Positions 60,143 through 64,000 of a stretch of 64,000 nucleotides of DNA are shown piece after piece. Source of the DNA: an uncultured virus (IMG/VR IMGVR_UViG_3300032116_011488). Lineage: Duplodnaviria > Heunggongvirae > Uroviricota > Caudoviricetes. Numbering within the stretch: position 1 is the stretch's first letter; each line of letters starts with the position of its first letter. The position numbers and the translations under genes are program-made. The stretch is from IMG/VR virus record IMGVR_UViG_3300032116_011488, positions 1 through 64,000 of that record. One strand, 5' to 3'. Under the pieces are notes generated by a model. The model saw only the letters and a program-made list of their open reading frames with translations, did no database searches and had not been told where the DNA came from.

Positions 60143-60924
60143 TAAATAAAAAAACAGAATGGGATTTTAATAAATCCGAATATGGATTTGGCAGAACTAA
60201 AATTGATAATTTCTTGGACGAAAACACCGTTCGGGCTTTATATGAAGAATGTGTAAACGCACCAAAGGGCGGATGGACTGTGTTTACTCGCGCGGGTTCT
60301 CGTATGGAAGAGTTTAACGACTTGATTTCTTTACCGACCGCACACAGGATTACATATGATATTATGCACTCCGGTGAGTTCTTATATGAACTAGAACAAA
60401 TGACTGGTATCGTTGGATTACTACCAGACCCACATTTAGTTGGTTCGGGATATTCGATTATCAGAAATGGTAACACACTTGGGTGCCATTACGACTTTAA
60501 CTGGAATGACCGTATCCGATTACATAGAAAATTGACATCATTGTTGTACATTACCCCAGACTGGCAAGACGAATGGGGTGGACATATTCAATATTATGAT
60601 GATAATATAGATGTTAATCCGAACGCAAAACTAATTGAATCGGTGGCACCAAGATTTAATAGATTTGTTATCAACGAGAATATTAAGCACGGACCATATC
60701 ACAGAGTAAGTGCGGTAAATGCACCAGATGATATTGGTCGGTGTGCTATCAGGTTCTTCTATTATATCAGTACTTCTGATCCAGATAAAGACAATCCACC
60801 ACACAGAAGTACTTATAAATCCAACGAATATTCACATCACAAGCTATATGAAGAAGAAACTTGGGATGGGCATTTCGTAGGAAATGGCGGGGAAGACTAC
60901 GGATATAACCACACGAATAAATAA
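60139..60924 (+). CDS. 2OG-Fe(II) oxygenase
   Basis: PDPHLVGSG, CHYDFN (HxD), LLYITPDWQDEWGG, PRFNR, YHRV...R. Confidence 0.85.
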   Translation: MINKKTEWDFNKSEYGFGRTKIDNFLDENTVRALYEECVNAPKGGWTVFTRAGSRMEEFNDLISLPTAHRITYDIMHSGEFLYELEQMTGIVGLLPDPHLVGSGYSIIRNGNTLGCHYDFNWNDRIRLHRKLTSLLYITPDWQDEWGGHIQYYDDNIDVNPNAKLIESVAPRFNRFVINENIKHGPYHRVSAVNAPDDIGRCAIRFFYYISTSDPDKDNPPHRSTYKSNEYSHHKLYEEETWDGHFVGNGGEDYGYNHTNK

Positions 60925-61571
60925 TGTATTGTGTTTTCCACTTACCGAGAACAGGCTCAAGATATTTACACAGTTTAATTAATAGTAGCTTGTCATATCT
61001 TGACCCAAGACACATAGGTACACATTTAGAACCATTCAATCCTGAGTTCAACACTTTAAATGATATTGAACATAAGTTTGAAGAGTTCACTAATAACGAA
61101 CCACCGACAACCGTGAAAATGGTTATCAATCATTATCCGTGGTTAGCGGATAAATTCATACAGCACCAAAAATACACTACGATTTTTATAAAACCTTTAA
61201 ATTATAGAAAACGTTTATTGAAAGCACTGGTAGAAAAACATTTCAGAACATACAGTAACGGAACGAATAGAAAGGATGTAAGAGAGCCATTTGTGGGTAA
61301 ATTAAAGTTTTCTGATGAATTAATAGAAGAACGTTTTTTTCATTACAAACTTCATATGGAATATGAAACACGATGCGACTATGTTTTTTATGATGAGTAT
61401 TTATTCACGCATACAACTGACGTATTAACTAAATTGAATTTACCATTAGTTACTACAAGATATAAACGGGTGGCACCATACTATTCAGATGAAGATATGC
61501 TAGAAAATATTGATGAGTTCAACAAACAATACGATAAACTTAGTGTAAAAATTTTTGGATATGTTGTATGA
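60924..61571 (+). CDS. Sulfotransferase-like protein
   Basis: N-terminal LPRTGS (PAPS 5'-PSB-like loop), EPFN. Confidence 0.6.
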   Translation: MYCVFHLPRTGSRYLHSLINSSLSYLDPRHIGTHLEPFNPEFNTLNDIEHKFEEFTNNEPPTTVKMVINHYPWLADKFIQHQKYTTIFIKPLNYRKRLLKALVEKHFRTYSNGTNRKDVREPFVGKLKFSDELIEERFFHYKLHMEYETRCDYVFYDEYLFTHTTDVLTKLNLPLVTTRYKRVAPYYSDEDMLENIDEFNKQYDKLSVKIFGYVV

Positions 61572-62149
61572 TAACAAATGAATTGTTAAAAATAGAACGT
61601 ATCAAACCTACTGATATGGTAGGTATAATGTTGTCTGGTGGAATGGATAGTGCATTATTATTATATCTACTAGCTAAAAATTTAACTAATCAAATAATTC
61701 CGTTCACTGTTCCAAAAACAGATGGTGCGAAACATTACGTCGTACCGATTGTTACGTGGGTAAATAATAAACTAAATAAAAACATACCAGAACCACAGTT
61801 GATAGGAAATCCATCAGTATATCATTCTCAAATAATAAACCATTCTTTAAAGGAAATAGAAGAAATGTACGATGTTTTATACTTTGCAGGAAATTCATAT
61901 CCAGAAAATATATTGCCTGGCGGACCCAATCGTACTAAAAGAACAAATTCCAAACATTTACAACCATTTTTTGAGTTATATAAAACAGATATCTTACGAG
62001 GATATATAACTTATGATATAATGGATTTAATATTACTAACTCATACGTGCACAGAATTAGAATATGGTAGATGTAATGTCTGTTGGCAATGCAAGGAAAG
62101 AGAATGGGCCTTCAAAGAACTAGATATATTAGACAGAGGGATACAATGA
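61568..62149 (+). CDS. QueC-like PP-loop ATPase
   Basis: MLSGGMDS, QPF..LYK, THTC...CNVCWQCKER. Confidence 0.7.
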   Translation: MITNELLKIERIKPTDMVGIMLSGGMDSALLLYLLAKNLTNQIIPFTVPKTDGAKHYVVPIVTWVNNKLNKNIPEPQLIGNPSVYHSQIINHSLKEIEEMYDVLYFAGNSYPENILPGGPNRTKRTNSKHLQPFFELYKTDILRGYITYDIMDLILLTHTCTELEYGRCNVCWQCKEREWAFKELDILDRGIQ

Positions 62150-62165
62150 TAATAGAGATATTAAT

Positions 62166-62801
62166 ATGTATTGTATAGTTGCATTACCTAAAACTGCTTC
62201 TACACTTACATGGCACATAATTGATGACGCACTGAAACGAAATAATTTAAACTGTGATTACGGAGATATAGAACCATTTAATCCATATAATAAAAATTAT
62301 ACACCTAGATTAGAAAACCAAGAAATTATTTATCAACGTTTGTTGATTAGTAAACCGTTACCATTGATAAAATTATTAACTAACTATAACTACAATATAT
62401 TTAATTGGTTTAATAATTCACCGTATCAATTGATTTTTTTAAAACCAAAAAACATTAGAAAACAAATACTTGGTTCATTAATAGGCAACGTGACAAAAAA
62501 TTATTTTGGTATAAGAGAAGAACGATTGGAGTTGAAAGGTAAGTTAAAATTTGAAAGATATAAAATAGAACAAAAAGTGTTCGCATACAAAAAACATATG
62601 AGACTAGAACGATTCTGTAAATACAGTTTTTACGATACAGAAATCATAACCAATCCAAATTATTTATTAGAAACTTTAAAGTTACACAAAACAGAAACAG
62701 TATATAATAATTACACACTACCAATTATCAGCGATGATGATATGTTAGAAGATATTGATGAGTTTAATAAACTATATGAGGAGTGTATTAATACATTATG
62801 A
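62166..62801 (+). CDS. Sulfotransferase-like protein, paralog of 60924-61571
   Basis: MYC...LPKTAS, EPFNP, GKLKF and DMLE.IDEFNK.Y are shared with the 60924 ORF. Confidence 0.6.
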   Translation: MYCIVALPKTASTLTWHIIDDALKRNNLNCDYGDIEPFNPYNKNYTPRLENQEIIYQRLLISKPLPLIKLLTNYNYNIFNWFNNSPYQLIFLKPKNIRKQILGSLIGNVTKNYFGIREERLELKGKLKFERYKIEQKVFAYKKHMRLERFCKYSFYDTEIITNPNYLLETLKLHKTETVYNNYTLPIISDDDMLEDIDEFNKLYEECINTL

Positions 62802-63019
62802 CAGTTCATATAAAAAGACATATTGCAAAAGCAATTACATATAGAATAGTAGGTACCTTGACAACATTTATTATTTCGTATATATTTACGGGTAGTATAT
62901 CTCTATCATCCGCGATAGGGGCCACAGAATTAATAGTCAAACCCGTCAATTATTTTTTACACGAACGGGCGTGGTATAAGTGGATTAAATTTGGTCTTAC
63001 TAATAAGAACGAGGAATAA
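62798..63019 (+). CDS. DUF2061-like small membrane protein
   Basis: RHIAKAITYRIVGT...YFLHERAW. Confidence 0.7.
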   Translation: MTVHIKRHIAKAITYRIVGTLTTFIISYIFTGSISLSSAIGATELIVKPVNYFLHERAWYKWIKFGLTNKNEE

Positions 63020-63022
63020 TAT

Positions 63023-63787
63023 ATGAGAATTTTGGTTATGGGATTGCCTGGGTCTGGAAAGACTACATTATCTAAGGTATTGGCGGAAAAGTTAGATGCC
63101 GCTTACTTCAATGCAGACGAAGTACGGAAACAGTTCAACGATTGGGACTTTTCTGAAACTGGTCGTAAACGTCAAGCATATCGGATGCGGGAACTTTGTG
63201 ATATGTCAGAAACGTATCATACGGTGGCAGATTTTGTCTGTCCCACAGAAGAAACCCGTGAACTCTTCTTACCAGATTTTATTGTGTTTATGAATACAAT
63301 AGATGCTGGGAGATTTGAGGATACCAATAGAGTGTTTGAGGTACCCGAAAAGGTAAATGTATTGGTGAATGGATGGATAGACACAAATACACAAGCAGAT
63401 ATTATCATTGAACAAATCAAGAAAGTGGACGTACATTTTGGTTGGCAGAATCCTACGGGACTGATGATTGGTCGGTTCCAACCATTCCACGATGGGCACT
63501 TGAAGTTATTTGAGACTATCTTGGAGAAGGAAGGTCAGGTACTTATTGCGGTCAGAGACACCTATAATACCGACGAAAAGAACCCATTCAATTATGTGGA
63601 GGTTATCGAAGGAATCCACAAGAAGCTGGAAAATAAGTACCGTGGAAAATACTATATAATGTCTGTCCCGAATATCACTGGGGTCTATTATGGTCGGGAT
63701 GTGGGATATAAAGTCGAGAAAATCAATCTGGACCCACAAACTGAATCGATTTCTGCTACCCAAATTCGGAAGGAAATGGGGAAGTAA
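63023..63787 (+). CDS. Adenylylsulfate kinase-like domain fused to an HxGH nucleotidyltransferase domain
   Basis: GLPGSGKT, NADEVR..DFSETGR, DFVCP, then IGRFQPFHDGH...ISATQIR. Confidence 0.75.
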   Translation: MRILVMGLPGSGKTTLSKVLAEKLDAAYFNADEVRKQFNDWDFSETGRKRQAYRMRELCDMSETYHTVADFVCPTEETRELFLPDFIVFMNTIDAGRFEDTNRVFEVPEKVNVLVNGWIDTNTQADIIIEQIKKVDVHFGWQNPTGLMIGRFQPFHDGHLKLFETILEKEGQVLIAVRDTYNTDEKNPFNYVEVIEGIHKKLENKYRGKYYIMSVPNITGVYYGRDVGYKVEKINLDPQTESISATQIRKEMGK

Positions 63788-63802
63788 ACGATATTTATTA
63801 GT

Positions 63803-64000
63803 ATGCAAGTAAATGTACCTGCGAATTGTGAAAGAATAAATGTTTTGTTTTCTGGAGGGGCAGATAGTTCACTATTGGCGTATCTGTTGATAAAGCAAAA
63901 TACTGATATACCGATAGTTCTTCATTTTATGAAACATAGGCTGGATTTTCAGAGTCCACACATGACTAACTGCCACAATTGGTTAGAACGACATTTTAAT
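63803..64000 (+). CDS. QueC-like PP-loop protein, 5' part (truncated by window edge)
   Basis: MQVNVPANCERINVLFSGGADSSLLAYLL... is open to the end of the window. TATTTAT motif at 63792. Confidence 0.65.
   Translation, partial: MQVNVPANCERINVLFSGGADSSLLAYLLIKQNTDIPIVLHFMKHRLDFQSPHMTNCHNWLERHFN

Noticed and set aside
35525..63787. A complete known antibiotic or toxin biosynthetic cluster
   Set aside because: Only tailoring families are shared. No scaffold-forming enzyme is visible in the window.
1..64000. Stop-codon reassignment, as in some large phages
   Set aside because: Genes are intact under code 11, and TAA, TGA and TAG all end genes at tight junctions.
28399..64000. Host chromosomal capsule/LPS locus (prophage boundary or chimeric assembly)
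   Set aside because: Strand, gene packing and the TATTTA motif continue from the phage genes. There is no integrase, att site or export/polymerase gene, and a PseT-like phosphatase is embedded. Read-level confirmation is still advisable.
1..64000. tRNA/rRNA genes, introns, inteins or homing endonucleases
   Set aside because: Intergenic gaps are short with no cloverleaf seen, and core genes are uninterrupted. A tRNAscan/Infernal run would be needed to exclude small RNAs.

Overview
A 64-kb segment of a large T4-like myovirus (contractile-tail dsDNA phage). All credible genes are on the + strand, tightly packed, and use the standard code. There are three blocks. (1) 1-11.2 kb is a head module: small internal/head proteins, many with putative N-terminal capsid-targeting peptides, then portal, prohead protease, a HExxH peptidase, a phage-encoded ribosomal protein bS21, scaffold and major capsid protein. 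(2) 11.2-28.3 kb holds neck, tail completion, sheath, tube and four modular fibre proteins. Two of the fibres carry six long, Pro-free, Ser/Thr-rich Gly-X-Y (GTS/GSS) blocks, and the last ends in a peptidase S74 chaperone. (3) 28.4-64 kb is an unbroken island of about 40 glycan and small-molecule modification genes: NDP-sugar epimerases, RmlC, a split TPP E1 alpha/beta pair, DegT aminotransferase, amidinotransferase, carbamoyltransferase, three radical SAM enzymes, two 2OG-Fe(II) oxygenases, nine SGNH-like domains, five GT10-like domains, sulfotransferase-like proteins, an APS kinase-nucleotidyltransferase fusion and QueC-like proteins. The leading hypothesis (inference) is a phage-encoded virion glycosylation and decoration system acting on the Ser/Thr collagen-like fibres. 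All family assignments come from motif recognition by eye, not from database searches.
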